A stretch of 64,000 nt of DNA from Candidatus Omnitrophota bacterium (GCA_029560465.1 JAKQKX010000073.1:15411-79410), one strand, 5' to 3'; positions 1 to 10,438 are shown, counted from the stretch's first letter. Translations and numbers: made by a program. The notes: generated by a model from the sequence alone, not told the origin.

Positions 1-351
1 GTCCCCGCCCTGACAGGGCGACCCGGCCTTTCCCTCTTGGGGGATGAAAATTCGCTTTCCCTGCTCATCCCGTGCCCCCCAAACAGGTTATCCTTTAGCA
101 TTTTAATAATAATGTGCCTAACTGCAAATAACTATATAAAAATAAGTTATGATTTATTATAAACTCAATTTTAAATCTATAAATATAATTTAGTTTTTTT
201 TATTTATGCATTAGAATGCCGGGAGGAAAAACGGGGCATCTTCCAACAAACATCAAGCCCCGCTTAACGACAAAGGACTTGTTTCATGGTCGCTTTAGGA
301 GTAGCATAAAAATGGACTCGTCATTTTATAAATCTTAGCGAGGGAAGGCAC

Positions 352-2157
352 ATGGCCCGGCATGCCCACACGAAAAAAAACGACTTAAACGATACGCCTA
401 ATTTTCAAGAAATTATAGATGGCATTGTAGACCCTTTTTATATTATTAATATTCAGGATTACCGGATTGTCGGGGCGAACAAAGCGGCCCGCCAACTGAA
501 GATCAGCCCTGGTTGTCTTTGCTACTCGGCCCTGCATCACTCCGAAGGGCCCTGCCACGAGCAAAATCTGCCCTGCCCCCTTGCAGTCATTAAAGAAACC
601 CTCAAGCCCGCCACCATGGAACACGCCCATTTCGACCCAAAGGGCTCCGCACATTATTTTGAAATCAACGCCTATCCCGTCTTTGACCAAGACGGCCACG
701 TCAAGCAAATTTTAGAGCACGTCATCGACATCACAGACCGCAAACGCCATGAACAAGCTGTCCGGGAATCGGAAAAACGGTACCGGCAACTTTACGAAGC
801 CAGCCGGGATGGATACATTCTGGTCGACATGAACGGCCATATCCGGGAGTTCAATCACACTTTCCAGGAGATGCTGGGCTATAAAGCACCGGAGGTCAAG
901 GCCCTAAACTGCTGGGACATCACTCCGCCGCGCTGGCACGCGGCAGAGAAAAAAATACTGGAAGAACAGGTCCTTTCTCTAGGATATTCCGAGCTTTATG
1001 AAAAAGAATTTATCCGCAAAGACGGCACCCTGATCCCCGTCGAGCTCAGGACCTCCCTTTTGCACGACGACAACGGGAACCCCTCCTCCATATGGTCTTT
1101 TGTAAGAGACATCACCGAGCGCAAGGAAGCGGACGGCAAACGGGAAATTCTTCGCAAGCAAATTGAGACGGAAAAACGCAAGCTGGAACAAGTGCTGAGC
1201 ATCGACCAGACCATGTCGTCCATCAGCAACCTGAACCATCTTGTCGATTTTGTCATTGAAAAAGCCACGGAAATCCTGGAAGTCGAGCGCTGTTCCCTCA
1301 TGCTGCTGGATCATACCAGCAAGGAATTAACGATCCGCGGGGCCAAAGGGGTGGACGCAAATCATATCATGTCCACGCGCATCAAAATGGGGGAGCCGTT
1401 GGCCGGGATTGTCGCGCAAGAAGGCCGGCCGTTATTAGTGAACAACATCGAGGAGGAAAAAATGTTTAGCCGTCCCAACCGGCCGGGGTACAAAAACAAA
1501 TCCTTCATGATCGCCCCCATCACGCTCCAAAACAAACTGGTCGGCGTCGTCAACGTGGCGGATAAAAAATCCCCCGACGGCCCCTCTTTCGCGGAAATTG
1601 ACCTGCGCATCCTCTGCACGATTGTCCGGCAGGCCGCCACATCGATTGAAAACGCCACGAATTACCGCGAGCTGGAATACCTGTCTGTTTCCGACCCCCT
1701 GACCGGCATTTATAATTACCGTTACTTCATCCGCGCCCTGGATACGGAAATCGAGCGGGCCAACCGCTATCACGGAAACCTGTGCCTGTTGATGCTTGAC
1801 ATTGACAACTTTAAATCTTACAACGATGATTTTGGGCACCTGGAAGGAGACATCCTGCTCAAAAGGATCAGTACCGTGTTCAAAAACAATCTCAGGGCCG
1901 TTGACATTGTGTGCCGTTACGCCGGGGATGAATTCGTGGCGGTCCTGCCCCAAACGGATATTGATCAGGCGAGAATCGTGGCCAGCAAGGTGACCGAAAG
2001 CATCAAAAATCTCAAAGGCAAACGCCCGGTGTCCGTCAGCATCGGAGCAGGAGAATATTCAAAGCACAGTGACCGCCGGGACATGATTTTAAAAACGGAC
2101 CAGGCCCTGTATCAGGCCAAAAGAGAGGGAAAAGGCCGGATCTGCTGCTTTAGATAA
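352..2157 (+). CDS. Diguanylate cyclase-type sensor: two PAS domains (the first carries a Cys/His-rich CLCYSALHHSEGPCHEQNLPCP segment), a GAF domain and a C-terminal GGDEF domain with an A-site variant RYAGDEF and an intact RxxD I-site
   Basis: A 601-aa ORF. The GGDEF region reads LMLDIDNFKSYNDDFGHLEGDILL...CRYAGDEFVAVLP. PAS- and GAF-like blocks lie upstream of it. Confidence 0.8.
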   Translation: MARHAHTKKNDLNDTPNFQEIIDGIVDPFYIINIQDYRIVGANKAARQLKISPGCLCYSALHHSEGPCHEQNLPCPLAVIKETLKPATMEHAHFDPKGSAHYFEINAYPVFDQDGHVKQILEHVIDITDRKRHEQAVRESEKRYRQLYEASRDGYILVDMNGHIREFNHTFQEMLGYKAPEVKALNCWDITPPRWHAAEKKILEEQVLSLGYSELYEKEFIRKDGTLIPVELRTSLLHDDNGNPSSIWSFVRDITERKEADGKREILRKQIETEKRKLEQVLSIDQTMSSISNLNHLVDFVIEKATEILEVERCSLMLLDHTSKELTIRGAKGVDANHIMSTRIKMGEPLAGIVAQEGRPLLVNNIEEEKMFSRPNRPGYKNKSFMIAPITLQNKLVGVVNVADKKSPDGPSFAEIDLRILCTIVRQAATSIENATNYRELEYLSVSDPLTGIYNYRYFIRALDTEIERANRYHGNLCLLMLDIDNFKSYNDDFGHLEGDILLKRISTVFKNNLRAVDIVCRYAGDEFVAVLPQTDIDQARIVASKVTESIKNLKGKRPVSVSIGAGEYSKHSDRRDMILKTDQALYQAKREGKGRICCFR

Positions 2158-2164
2158 ACGGTTA

Positions 2165-2725
2165 TTAAGGATGTTTCTCGGATAAGTACTGCTCAAGATG
2201 CGTCAGGGTGTTGATCCCGATATTCCCATCCGCTTTGATCCCTTCCAGCTTCTGGAAATGCAGGATAGCCTTTTGGGTCTTTTTCCCCATCTTGCCGTCA
2301 ATCGGGCCAGGGTCAAGCCCCGCCTCTTTTAAAGCCGTCTGAATCGCCGCCGCGTTTAATTCGCCGTCCACAAGCAGCCCGAAACGCTCAAAGCGCGTCA
2401 ACGCATCCCATGTCTTAAAATCCACAAACCGAGACGCTTTCAGTCCCTGGTCTTTCTGAAAATCCTCAATGGCCTGCCTTGTATTGCCGCCGAGGACCCC
2501 GTCTACTTTGCCGATGCGGTATCCATACAGCTTTAACAATTTCTGGACTTCCTCAACCCGGGCGTTTGGTTCCAACGGCACGATTTCGCCCAAAATTTCT
2601 TTCTCTTCCGCGCCTTCTTTCTGCAATAAACGGTATACGGCGTCACACCCGGACATCAAAGCCACGCCCAAAAAAAGCAGCAACGCCAAACTCACCTGAT
2701 TGTCACGCAAAAACGATCTTGTCAT
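2165..2725 (-). CDS. Lipoprotein with three tandem peptidoglycan-binding (PG_binding_1-like) repeats
   Basis: It has a signal peptide with a lipobox (LMSGC). Three repeats follow the G..D...G..T..A...FQ...GL pattern, for example VDGVLGGNTRQAIEDFQKDQGL and IDGKMGKKTQKAILHFQKLEGI. Confidence 0.6.
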   Translation of the reverse strand: MTRSFLRDNQVSLALLLFLGVALMSGCDAVYRLLQKEGAEEKEILGEIVPLEPNARVEEVQKLLKLYGYRIGKVDGVLGGNTRQAIEDFQKDQGLKASRFVDFKTWDALTRFERFGLLVDGELNAAAIQTALKEAGLDPGPIDGKMGKKTQKAILHFQKLEGIKADGNIGINTLTHLEQYLSEKHP

Positions 2726-2748
2726 GAGCGTCCCTCAATGAAGGGTCC

Positions 2749-3690
2749 TTACTTTCTAAGGAAATCTTTTACTTTCAAATAAAAAGTAAAAGGGGAATAC
2801 AGCCCGATATATTTCGTGTACCCGATGCGGGCGCATTGCGCCAGGACATTATCCGTGTCGGCGACATCAGACGCGATCGCCGTCACTCCGCTGACCGCGT
2901 GATGCACTTTATAAATAATAATATCCGGAATCACCTGCGGATCATGGTGTTCGACATCCCGGCTCTGCAAAGCGGAATGAACGGCGGTCAAAACGCTTTC
3001 CAGGGGGATGGCCGCGTCCGGCTTCACTTCCAGGAAAATGATGTGCGGGTCGATCTTGCCGATCAGAAGCCCCAGCTGATGCACGTCATCCGCGATCGTG
3101 ATCAGGCAGCGCTTCTGTTCCAGCTGCTGGCTCATTTCCCTTAAGACGTTTTTTTCGTACCCATACAGCAAAATCCTTTTCCCTCCGGGAGAGGTCCCGC
3201 CAGACTGCGCCGAAAGGGTGGCCCCGGACGCGCTCTTTTGCTGCAAATCTTCAACCGTTTGAGGCGTGAGGTCCTGCGTGCTGATGTTATCCTTATCTTT
3301 GATAAAAACACTGAGCTCCCGGGCCACTTCCGTGAACAGTTTGTTCGCATCAATGGGCTTCACCAGGAACCCGTCAACGCCAATGGCCCGGAAAGAATCC
3401 TCCATTTTCGCCCTAGCCGTTATGATCAAGACGGGAATCCGCTCGGTAACAGGGTCTTTCCTGAGCTCTTTAAAAAAAAGATACCCGTCCATTTCCGGCA
3501 TCAACACGTCAGCGATGATCAACTGCGGCCTTTCCTCTTTCGCCTTGGCCAGCCCTTCAACCCCGTTGGTCGCCACAATCACCGCATAGCCCTGCCCTTC
3601 GAGCATCGCTTGCATGAGATCAAGGATCTCCCGGGCGTCATCGACCAATAAAATCTTTTGTTTCATAATATGCGCGCTTCCTTTATTCAA
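2749..3690 (-). CDS. Response regulator: an N-terminal CheY-like receiver plus a C-terminal degenerate second receiver-like domain
   Basis: The receiver reads KILLVDDAREILDLMQAMLEGQGYAVIVATNG...LIIADVLMPEMDGY. The C-terminal half (KRILLYGYEKNVLREM...) looks receiver-like but has no clear phospho-acceptor Asp. A likely start is M9 at about 3666. Confidence 0.65.
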   Translation of the reverse strand: MNKGSAHIMKQKILLVDDAREILDLMQAMLEGQGYAVIVATNGVEGLAKAKEERPQLIIADVLMPEMDGYLFFKELRKDPVTERIPVLIITARAKMEDSFRAIGVDGFLVKPIDANKLFTEVARELSVFIKDKDNISTQDLTPQTVEDLQQKSASGATLSAQSGGTSPGGKRILLYGYEKNVLREMSQQLEQKRCLITIADDVHQLGLLIGKIDPHIIFLEVKPDAAIPLESVLTAVHSALQSRDVEHHDPQVIPDIIIYKVHHAVSGVTAIASDVADTDNVLAQCARIGYTKYIGLYSPFTFYLKVKDFLRK

Positions 3691-3779
3691 CTGAAACCCT
3701 GCCCATTATACAAACGATCTCCCCAAAGATAAAGAAGAGATACGCTTATTTTGCCGAGGAGGGGCGCTCCACAACAATG

Positions 3780-4448
3780 TCAAAAAACGGGAAGAAAACG
3801 GCCCAACTCCTCCCGCAAAGCCGTTGTCCCAACAACCATTTTCCCGTTCACAAAAAAGGTTGGCGTCGCGGAGACCCCCCGAAACCGCGCTTCCGCGGTA
3901 TCCCTCGCGATAACGGCCTCAACCGTGTCGTCCTTCACGCAGGCATCCAAGCGCTCCAGGTCAACTTTGAGAGAATTGGCATAGGCCTTAAAATATGTTT
4001 CCGCGTCCGCGCCTCCCTGTCCCCATTGAGATTGCCCTGAAAACAAAAGGTCCTGAAAAGCCCAAAACTGCCCCTCGCGCGCCGCGCATTCCGCGTAAAT
4101 AGCGCTGCGGACAGCCTGAGGATGAATTTCCTCGATAGGAAAATACCGGAATTCCAGGAACGTCTTATCCGAAGCCTTGGTTAAAAACTCCTTCAGGATG
4201 CCGTGCCCCTTGGCGCATGCGGAGCACTGGAAATCAGAGTATTCAACAATTTTAACCGGGGCCCCAGGATCGCCGAGAATTTTTTTAACGGCCGGCGGGG
4301 CCTTCAGGGCCGGGACGCGCGTTGTCTTAACCCACCGGACAACGCCGATCACTCCAAAAAGCGCAAGAATAATGAAAACCGTTACAACCTCTTTTTGTCT
4401 TTTCATCTCAACCTCGCCATCTAGCCGCCCCCGCGGCATGCCGCGCAA
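3780..4448 (-). CDS. Membrane-anchored DsbA/BdbD-family thiol:disulfide oxidoreductase
   Basis: It has an N-terminal transmembrane helix and a thioredoxin-fold CxxC motif (YSDFQCSACAKGH). Confidence 0.7.
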   Translation of the reverse strand: MRGMPRGRLDGEVEMKRQKEVVTVFIILALFGVIGVVRWVKTTRVPALKAPPAVKKILGDPGAPVKIVEYSDFQCSACAKGHGILKEFLTKASDKTFLEFRYFPIEEIHPQAVRSAIYAECAAREGQFWAFQDLLFSGQSQWGQGGADAETYFKAYANSLKVDLERLDACVKDDTVEAVIARDTAEARFRGVSATPTFFVNGKMVVGTTALREELGRFLPVF

Positions 4449-4452
4449 AAGC

Positions 4453-6000
4453 TTATAAATATTTTTTCTCTATTTTATATAAAGCAAAACGGTGGACTTG
4501 TAACGTCATGGGGCCCAAATGCCAATCTTCATAAATATGCTGCCCCACCGGGATAAAACGAAATGCGGCCCCGAGGGCGCCCGAGAAATGCCTTTCTTTA
4601 TCATGGGAATACAAGGCCGGCGCCGTGATATAAACCGGCCGCCCTCCGGAAAGGACTTCCTCAACAATGTCCTGAAACGCCTCTATCTGGGCTTCGGGCA
4701 GGAACTCCAGGCTGCGCGGACGCACCAGGGTCTCGCGGCCCGAGTAAAAAATCATAAACAAGGCCTCATCGCCGGTAATGATCAGCGCCCCGGGTTCGGT
4801 GACGCGACCGACCCAGCGGCAATACTCCGGCAAAGCCGCCGTTGTATGCCGAAACCTTGCTTTAGGAAGCATGTATTGAACCATCAGGGAAAGGATGACG
4901 GCCAAAACAACAAACCCGGCGAACCGGAAGGCCTTCCCCTTGCGGACAAGGGCAGAAAAACAATACCCCAAAGCCAGGCAAAGCGGAGGCAACACCAGGA
5001 CAAAAAACCGCGATGTGGACGTGGTGTTGAGGTTGCCGTAAAAAAGCACAGGAACGGCCACCCACAAAAGGAAGAAAACAGCAACGCGCCACCGCCTCCG
5101 CGCGAGGGCGAGCAGGCCCAAAAAAGACAGCAGCGCGCCCACTTCAGTCATTGATTTTACAAGATAAACCCCGCTTAACAGCAGCTGGGAAGAAGCCACG
5201 CCACGATAATTGTCCGTGAGCCCCGCGGTCCAGAAACGATGAAGCTGGTTCAGGTAAACATCCCGGTTCTCCTGCAAAAGAAACGGAGCGTGGAACGCAA
5301 CGGCCACAGCCAAGCCCGTTCCAGCCCAAAACAAAAGCCGTGGAAAAACAGCGGGCGCCGGACGCTGCTCATCTGGGCGGGAAGTGCCCGGCGGCACCAG
5401 GAATAAAAACAGTAACGCGGCCGACATAAGACAGGCGTCCTGCAGGCGCGTGGCTCCCGCCAACCCCAAAAGCAACGCCGACAAAAAAAGAGACTTTCCC
5501 TGTCGCCCGGCATGGTCCCGGATTAAAAAACACATTCCGGCCATTAAAAAACATAAGCCCGGCGTCTGGCTTTGCCCATGAACCGAAAGCCCCAGGAAGA
5601 TCGGAGACACCGACAACACCAAAGCACTGACAACGCCGGCCAGCGTGTTAAAAAGCGCCCGCCCCAGACAATATGTGAGCATCACCGTGAGCGCGCCGAA
5701 CAACACGCTCATCGCGTTAACGGCCAAGACCGGATCCCCCGCCCCGGCCCTCTCCCCTATCCAAACAAACCCCGCGGCCAGAAGCACCGTGAACGGATAC
5801 CCAAAACCGAACAAAAAATGTAACTGGCGGTCTCTAAGTGTCTCCTGTGCCTGAATAACAAGATTCAACGTGTCAACGTGGTACGGCCCTTTACTGATCA
5901 AACTGGCAAAAAAGATCAGGCTCGACACAAAAAGCGCCAAAGGAAGGATCCATCGATCTGGCGGTTTTAAAAAAATTTTTAACGGACGGATCAATTTCAT
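4453..6000 (-). CDS. Polytopic membrane glycosyltransferase of the GT-C fold (GT39/ArnT/PMT-like) with a C-terminal soluble domain
   Basis: The 515-aa ORF has roughly 10–12 predicted transmembrane helices in its N-terminal 370 aa. Its N-terminal loop region is similar to PMT_2/ArnT-type dolichyl or undecaprenyl-phosphate sugar transferases. Confidence 0.55.
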   Translation of the reverse strand: MKLIRPLKIFLKPPDRWILPLALFVSSLIFFASLISKGPYHVDTLNLVIQAQETLRDRQLHFLFGFGYPFTVLLAAGFVWIGERAGAGDPVLAVNAMSVLFGALTVMLTYCLGRALFNTLAGVVSALVLSVSPIFLGLSVHGQSQTPGLCFLMAGMCFLIRDHAGRQGKSLFLSALLLGLAGATRLQDACLMSAALLFLFLVPPGTSRPDEQRPAPAVFPRLLFWAGTGLAVAVAFHAPFLLQENRDVYLNQLHRFWTAGLTDNYRGVASSQLLLSGVYLVKSMTEVGALLSFLGLLALARRRWRVAVFFLLWVAVPVLFYGNLNTTSTSRFFVLVLPPLCLALGYCFSALVRKGKAFRFAGFVVLAVILSLMVQYMLPKARFRHTTAALPEYCRWVGRVTEPGALIITGDEALFMIFYSGRETLVRPRSLEFLPEAQIEAFQDIVEEVLSGGRPVYITAPALYSHDKERHFSGALGAAFRFIPVGQHIYEDWHLGPMTLQVHRFALYKIEKKYL

Positions 6001-6024
6001 ACGCTTTGCCGGGGCGAAGGAACA

Positions 6025-6912
6025 CTACAAAGCCGGCTCGACATGGACAGAAACAAAGAGATCTTTACCAAACCGATGCCGGAGCGTTTCTTCCACCGAA
6101 GTTGAAATATTATGCGCTTCCTTGATATTCAGATCTTTGGAAACTTTAATATGAATATCAATGGCAATATTTCTGCCAATTTTCCGTGTCTTAAGATTAT
6201 GGGGGTATTTCACGCCGGGGATATTTCCGATAATCGCCAGGATTTCATCTTCCAATTCATCGTTGAGCGATGCTTCCATCAGTTCATTCAGGCTCTCTTT
6301 TAAAACTGAAAAGGCCGCGTGCATAATCAAAAGGCTCACACCCATGGCGGCCAACGGGTCAAGCACGCGCCAACTCTCCCCCAAAAAAATCGCCCCGGCA
6401 ATCCCTAAAAAAACAGCAACCGAAGAAAGGGCGTCCGAACGGTGATGCCAGGCATTGGCGATAACCGCCGGACTCTTAATGTCTTGCCCCACAGCGACCG
6501 TTTTCTGGAAAAGATATTCCTTCATAACAATGGAAACTCCGGCCGCAAGACACGCGAACCATTTCGGCGGCAGCATGCCCCCCCCCCGCAAGAAGGCCGC
6601 CACATCCCGAAGCCCCTGGACCAAAATTTTTCCCCCCACCAAAAACAGGATGACCCCAATAAATACGGCGACGAGCGTCTCTATTTTCCCGTGGCCGTAA
6701 TCATGGGTTTTATCAATCGGTTTTTCCGCCCCTTTAAACCCGATCAACACGGCGAAATCGGTTGTAAGATCCGACAAAGAATGCATCGCGTCCGCGATAA
6801 TCGCCCCGCTGTGGCCGAACACCCCGGCAAGGAGCTTGATCCCGGCTAAAAAAATATTAATCACGATCCCGATAAAGGTGATGCGGTATGCTTTTTGATT
6901 GGCTTTGTCCAT
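6025..6912 (-). CDS. Cation diffusion facilitator (CDF) family divalent metal efflux transporter
   Basis: It carries the CDF signature HSLSDLTTDF...HDYGHGKIE, six transmembrane helices and a C-terminal cytoplasmic domain. Confidence 0.85.
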   Translation of the reverse strand: MDKANQKAYRITFIGIVINIFLAGIKLLAGVFGHSGAIIADAMHSLSDLTTDFAVLIGFKGAEKPIDKTHDYGHGKIETLVAVFIGVILFLVGGKILVQGLRDVAAFLRGGGMLPPKWFACLAAGVSIVMKEYLFQKTVAVGQDIKSPAVIANAWHHRSDALSSVAVFLGIAGAIFLGESWRVLDPLAAMGVSLLIMHAAFSVLKESLNELMEASLNDELEDEILAIIGNIPGVKYPHNLKTRKIGRNIAIDIHIKVSKDLNIKEAHNISTSVEETLRHRFGKDLFVSVHVEPAL

Positions 6913-7002
6913 ATATCCCCAAAGACCATTCCGGGAAAAACATCCTTGACTGCCATATCTTTAAAAAGCCCGGCAGGGCGGGCAGGGCGGGAGAACCGGT
7001 GG

Positions 7003-7386
7003 TTATTTAATCAATTTCCGGATCGCGTCAAACAAAAGAGAAAAATCGGATGTTTTAGCGACATATTCATCCGCACCCGAGGCTCTGGCTTTGGCGGAAT
7101 TAATCGCCCCGATATCTCCCGTCATAACAATAATCGGGGGCGGATTGTCCCCCATCTTTGCTTTAATCGTTTGACAGGCATCAAACCCATTCATGCCGGG
7201 CAAAACCGTATCCATAATAACCAAATCCGGCCGTTCCAAAAGGGCTTTTTCAATTCCTGACTCCGCGTCTTCCGCAGTGATCGGCTGAAACCCGCTGGAT
7301 TCCAGCATGGCCGCCAACGCTTTGCTTATCGTTTTGCTGTCTTCTATTAATAAAATTTTTTTCATGGATCCCCTTTCTCCTCTCAC
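7003..7386 (-). CDS. Single-domain CheY-like response regulator
   Basis: The receiver reads KILLIEDSKTISKALAAMLES...LVIMDTVLPGMNGF. The likely start is the ATG at 7365, preceded by GGAGAAAGGGG. Confidence 0.8.
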   Translation of the reverse strand: MRGERGSMKKILLIEDSKTISKALAAMLESSGFQPITAEDAESGIEKALLERPDLVIMDTVLPGMNGFDACQTIKAKMGDNPPPIIVMTGDIGAINSAKARASGADEYVAKTSDFSLLFDAIRKLIK

Positions 7387-7410
7387 TGCGAAAACCGAAA
7401 TCCTTGGATA

Positions 7411-7977
7411 TTATTTCCCACGCCCAACCTCAAACGCTTTTCCCAGGCATTGCCGGACAGCATAATAGTGCCGGTCCCCAGGAGAAAACATAAAAGGCGC
7501 CACCTTTTCAACATCCGGGAACCCTTCGGGACCCAAACACGAATCCTCTATTTTAACGTCTTTGATCTCCCCGATAAACTGAGTGTGCCCACCGATTTTG
7601 ATTGTCTGAATCACTTGGCACTCTAAAACCACCGGAAACTCTTGAATATACGGGGCGTCCACAACAGTGCTGTTGACAACCGTCAAGGATAAGGCCTCGC
7701 ATTTGTTTTCATCCCGGCCGGAAACCATCCCCATATAATCGGCCTCTTTAAAATACTTCTGCGATGGGATGTTCACCGTAAACGCCTTGCGGGACACTAA
7801 ATTCCCGTAAGAATACGTCGCCTCCCGCAAAGAAACCGCGACGCAGGGCGGAGACGAACAGCAGACGCCTCCCCACGAAACTGTCATCATGTTCGGGGCG
7901 CCCTGTTGATCATACGTCCCAACGACAAAAACAGGTGTCGGATAAACAAGAGTCTTCGGGCCCAGAGATTTTTTCAT
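7411..7977 (-). CDS. Flavin reductase-like FMN-binding domain protein
   Basis: The 188-aa ORF has a split-barrel flavin reductase-like N-terminus (PVFVVGTYDQQGAPNMMTVSWGG). Confidence 0.75.
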   Translation of the reverse strand: MKKSLGPKTLVYPTPVFVVGTYDQQGAPNMMTVSWGGVCCSSPPCVAVSLREATYSYGNLVSRKAFTVNIPSQKYFKEADYMGMVSGRDENKCEALSLTVVNSTVVDAPYIQEFPVVLECQVIQTIKIGGHTQFIGEIKDVKIEDSCLGPEGFPDVEKVAPFMFSPGDRHYYAVRQCLGKAFEVGRGK

Positions 7978-8087
7978 TTTTTATCCCTAATTATATCAAA
8001 TCTTTTTCAACATGACATTGTGTTCCTGCATTTTTTCATCAAAGCCTGGAAATCCCTCAAACCCGCAGAAACGCGGCTTTAACAGGG

Positions 8088-9833
8088 CTAACCTTTTTGA
8101 GCCTTTTCAATTTTAGCCCAAACATCCCGAAGCGTGACCGTGCGGTTAAAAACAGGGCACTCCTGCGAAGAATCAACAGGGTCAACACAAAAATATCCCA
8201 GCCGTTCAAACTGATACGGGGCGCCCGCCTTGGCGTGGCGCAAACTCGCTTCCATTTTGCAATTTTGAAGGATTTCCAAAGAATTCGGATTAAGGTTCGA
8301 TTTATAATCCTGCCCTTCTTCCGTTTCAGACGGGTCGGGCTTTGAAAAAAGGTGGTCATAAAGCCGGACCTCGGCATCAAAAGCATGCTCCGCCGAAACC
8401 CAATGTAACGTCGCTTTCACTTTACGGCCATCCGGAGAGTCGCCCCCTTTAGAGGCCGGATCATAGGTGCACCGTAATTCCGTCACCTCGCCCTGCTCGT
8501 TTTTGATCACCTCTTGGCACGTGATAAAATACGCGTACCGCAGGCGAACTTCCTGTCCGGGGGAAAGGCGATAGAATTTCGGCGGAGGGTTTTCCCGGAA
8601 GTCGTCTTTCTCAATATAAAGGACCCGCGAGAATAAAACCCGGCGCGTTCCGGCCTCCGGGTCTTCCGGGTTATTGACCGCCTCCAGCTCTTCGGTTTGC
8701 CCTTCCGGATAATTCGTAATCACGACTTTCAAAGGGCGCAAAACCGCGAACACGCGCAAAGCCTTTTTATTCAAATCTTCCCGAAGGCAATGCTCCAGGA
8801 AGCTGACGTCTACGGTTCCTTCCATTTTCGCCACCCCGATGCGCTCACAAAAAGACCGGATCACCTCCGGAGGATATCCACGGCGGCGCAACCCGGACAA
8901 CGTCGGCATCCGCGGATCGTTCCACCCCTGAACATACCCCCCGGTCACAAGCTCGAGCAGCTTTCGTTTGCTCATAACGGTGTAGGTCAGATTCATCCGG
9001 GCGAACTCAATCTGCTGCGGATGGCAAGGCGTCTTCAGTTCATTTAAAAACCAGTCATACAACGGCCGGTGGTTTTCAAATTCCAGGGTGCAGATCGAAT
9101 GGGTGATCCCCTCGATGGCATCGGAAAGGCTATGCGCGAAATCATACATCGGGTAGACGCACCACCGCGTTCCCGTGCGGTGATGCGAGGCTTTCCGGAT
9201 ACGGAAAATCGTCGGGTCCCGCATGTTGATATTGGAAGACGCCATGTCTATTTTCGCCCGCAACACGTGCTGCCCTTCTTCAAATTCGCCGGCCCTCATT
9301 CTCTGAAACAAATCCAAATTTTCATCAACGGAACGGTTCCGGTACGGGCTCTCCTGTCCGGCCTCCGTCAACGTTCCACGGCGAATTCGGATCTCTTCCG
9401 CGCTCTGACTGTCCACATAAGCCCTGCCGGCTTTAATCAGCTGCACGGCGTATTCGTATAACGGCTCAAAATAATCAGACGCGAAAAAAAGCTTGTCCTT
9501 CCAGTCAAAACCCAGCCAGCGCACGTCGTCCTGGATAGACTGGACGTATTCTTCCTCTTCCTTGCACGGGTTCGTGTCATCGAAGCGCAGGTGACAAACC
9601 CCGGCGTTTTCCTTCGCGATGCCAAAATTCAGGCAAATCGATTTGGCATGCCCGATATGCAGGTACCCGTTGGGTTCCGGAGGGAAACGGGTTACGACTT
9701 TCCCGCCGTGTTTCCCGGAGGCGATATCCTCGGCCACAATGGCCCGGATAAAATCCTGGCAGATTTTTGCTTTGGTTAAATCCGGATGCGACTCTTCTCC
9801 AGATTTTTTCATAAAGTTTCCATCACAAGACAT
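8088..9833 (-). CDS. glnS: Glutaminyl-tRNA synthetase
   Basis: [41 protein letters not shown] closely matches the HIGH region of E. coli GlnRS. A VMSKR (KMSKS) motif and a C-terminal anticodon-binding barrel region are also present. Confidence 0.9.
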   Translation of the reverse strand: MSCDGNFMKKSGEESHPDLTKAKICQDFIRAIVAEDIASGKHGGKVVTRFPPEPNGYLHIGHAKSICLNFGIAKENAGVCHLRFDDTNPCKEEEEYVQSIQDDVRWLGFDWKDKLFFASDYFEPLYEYAVQLIKAGRAYVDSQSAEEIRIRRGTLTEAGQESPYRNRSVDENLDLFQRMRAGEFEEGQHVLRAKIDMASSNINMRDPTIFRIRKASHHRTGTRWCVYPMYDFAHSLSDAIEGITHSICTLEFENHRPLYDWFLNELKTPCHPQQIEFARMNLTYTVMSKRKLLELVTGGYVQGWNDPRMPTLSGLRRRGYPPEVIRSFCERIGVAKMEGTVDVSFLEHCLREDLNKKALRVFAVLRPLKVVITNYPEGQTEELEAVNNPEDPEAGTRRVLFSRVLYIEKDDFRENPPPKFYRLSPGQEVRLRYAYFITCQEVIKNEQGEVTELRCTYDPASKGGDSPDGRKVKATLHWVSAEHAFDAEVRLYDHLFSKPDPSETEEGQDYKSNLNPNSLEILQNCKMEASLRHAKAGAPYQFERLGYFCVDPVDSSQECPVFNRTVTLRDVWAKIEKAQKG

Positions 9834-9964
9834 TCTTGAATCCCGGGTTTTTATGTTAATTTTTAAACAAACGGATTTTAATTATATCACAGCGCGGACA
9901 CAAAGCATATTTTTCCCTGAACACCCCAAAGGGGGCCTTGCCTTCAGGCGGGGCGGTCAAAGGC

Positions 9965-10438
9965 CTACACGCGGGCCAGAAGTTTCACCGCCAAGAAAGC
10001 GACCGACGCCCCAAAGACCGGCCCCAGAAAAAGGCCCAGGACAAAACCAAACGGCAGCGTCCCGGTTAACGCGGCATTAACCGTGCCGATCATCAATCCG
10101 GCGTAAACCCCATACCTCAAGCCGGCCTCCAGGGACGGGGACTGTTCCAGTTCGCGAAAAAGTTTTTCACCCCAAAACCAGCCGCAGAACCCGCCCCACA
10201 AAACACCCCACTCTCCCCATAAAAACAACGGCAGGGGCAGAACGGGGGAAAACAGTCCGCCCGCGCTGACGCGGACCCCGAGCAAAGTAAACACACCGCT
10301 CACCGCACCCGCGCACAAGGCGCTGACCGTTAAAACAAAATATTTAGTCCGCCCCAGGGTCATGTCCGCTCCTTTTAAAACACTACGTCCATCCCAGAGA
10401 CCGGTAAAAATCCGGAACCGGCCCTGACGGGCAGGCAT
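9965..10438 (-). CDS. Small Gly/Trp-rich polytopic membrane protein of unknown function; it is the last gene of the lar-like operon
   Basis: It has three to four hydrophobic helices. The likely start is M26 at 10363, which leaves a 20-nt gap after the radical SAM stop. I found no recognisable family motif. Confidence 0.4.
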   Translation of the reverse strand: MPARQGRFRIFTGLWDGRSVLKGADMTLGRTKYFVLTVSALCAGAVSGVFTLLGVRVSAGGLFSPVLPLPLFLWGEWGVLWGGFCGWFWGEKLFRELEQSPSLEAGLRYGVYAGLMIGTVNAALTGTLPFGFVLGLFLGPVFGASVAFLAVKLLARV

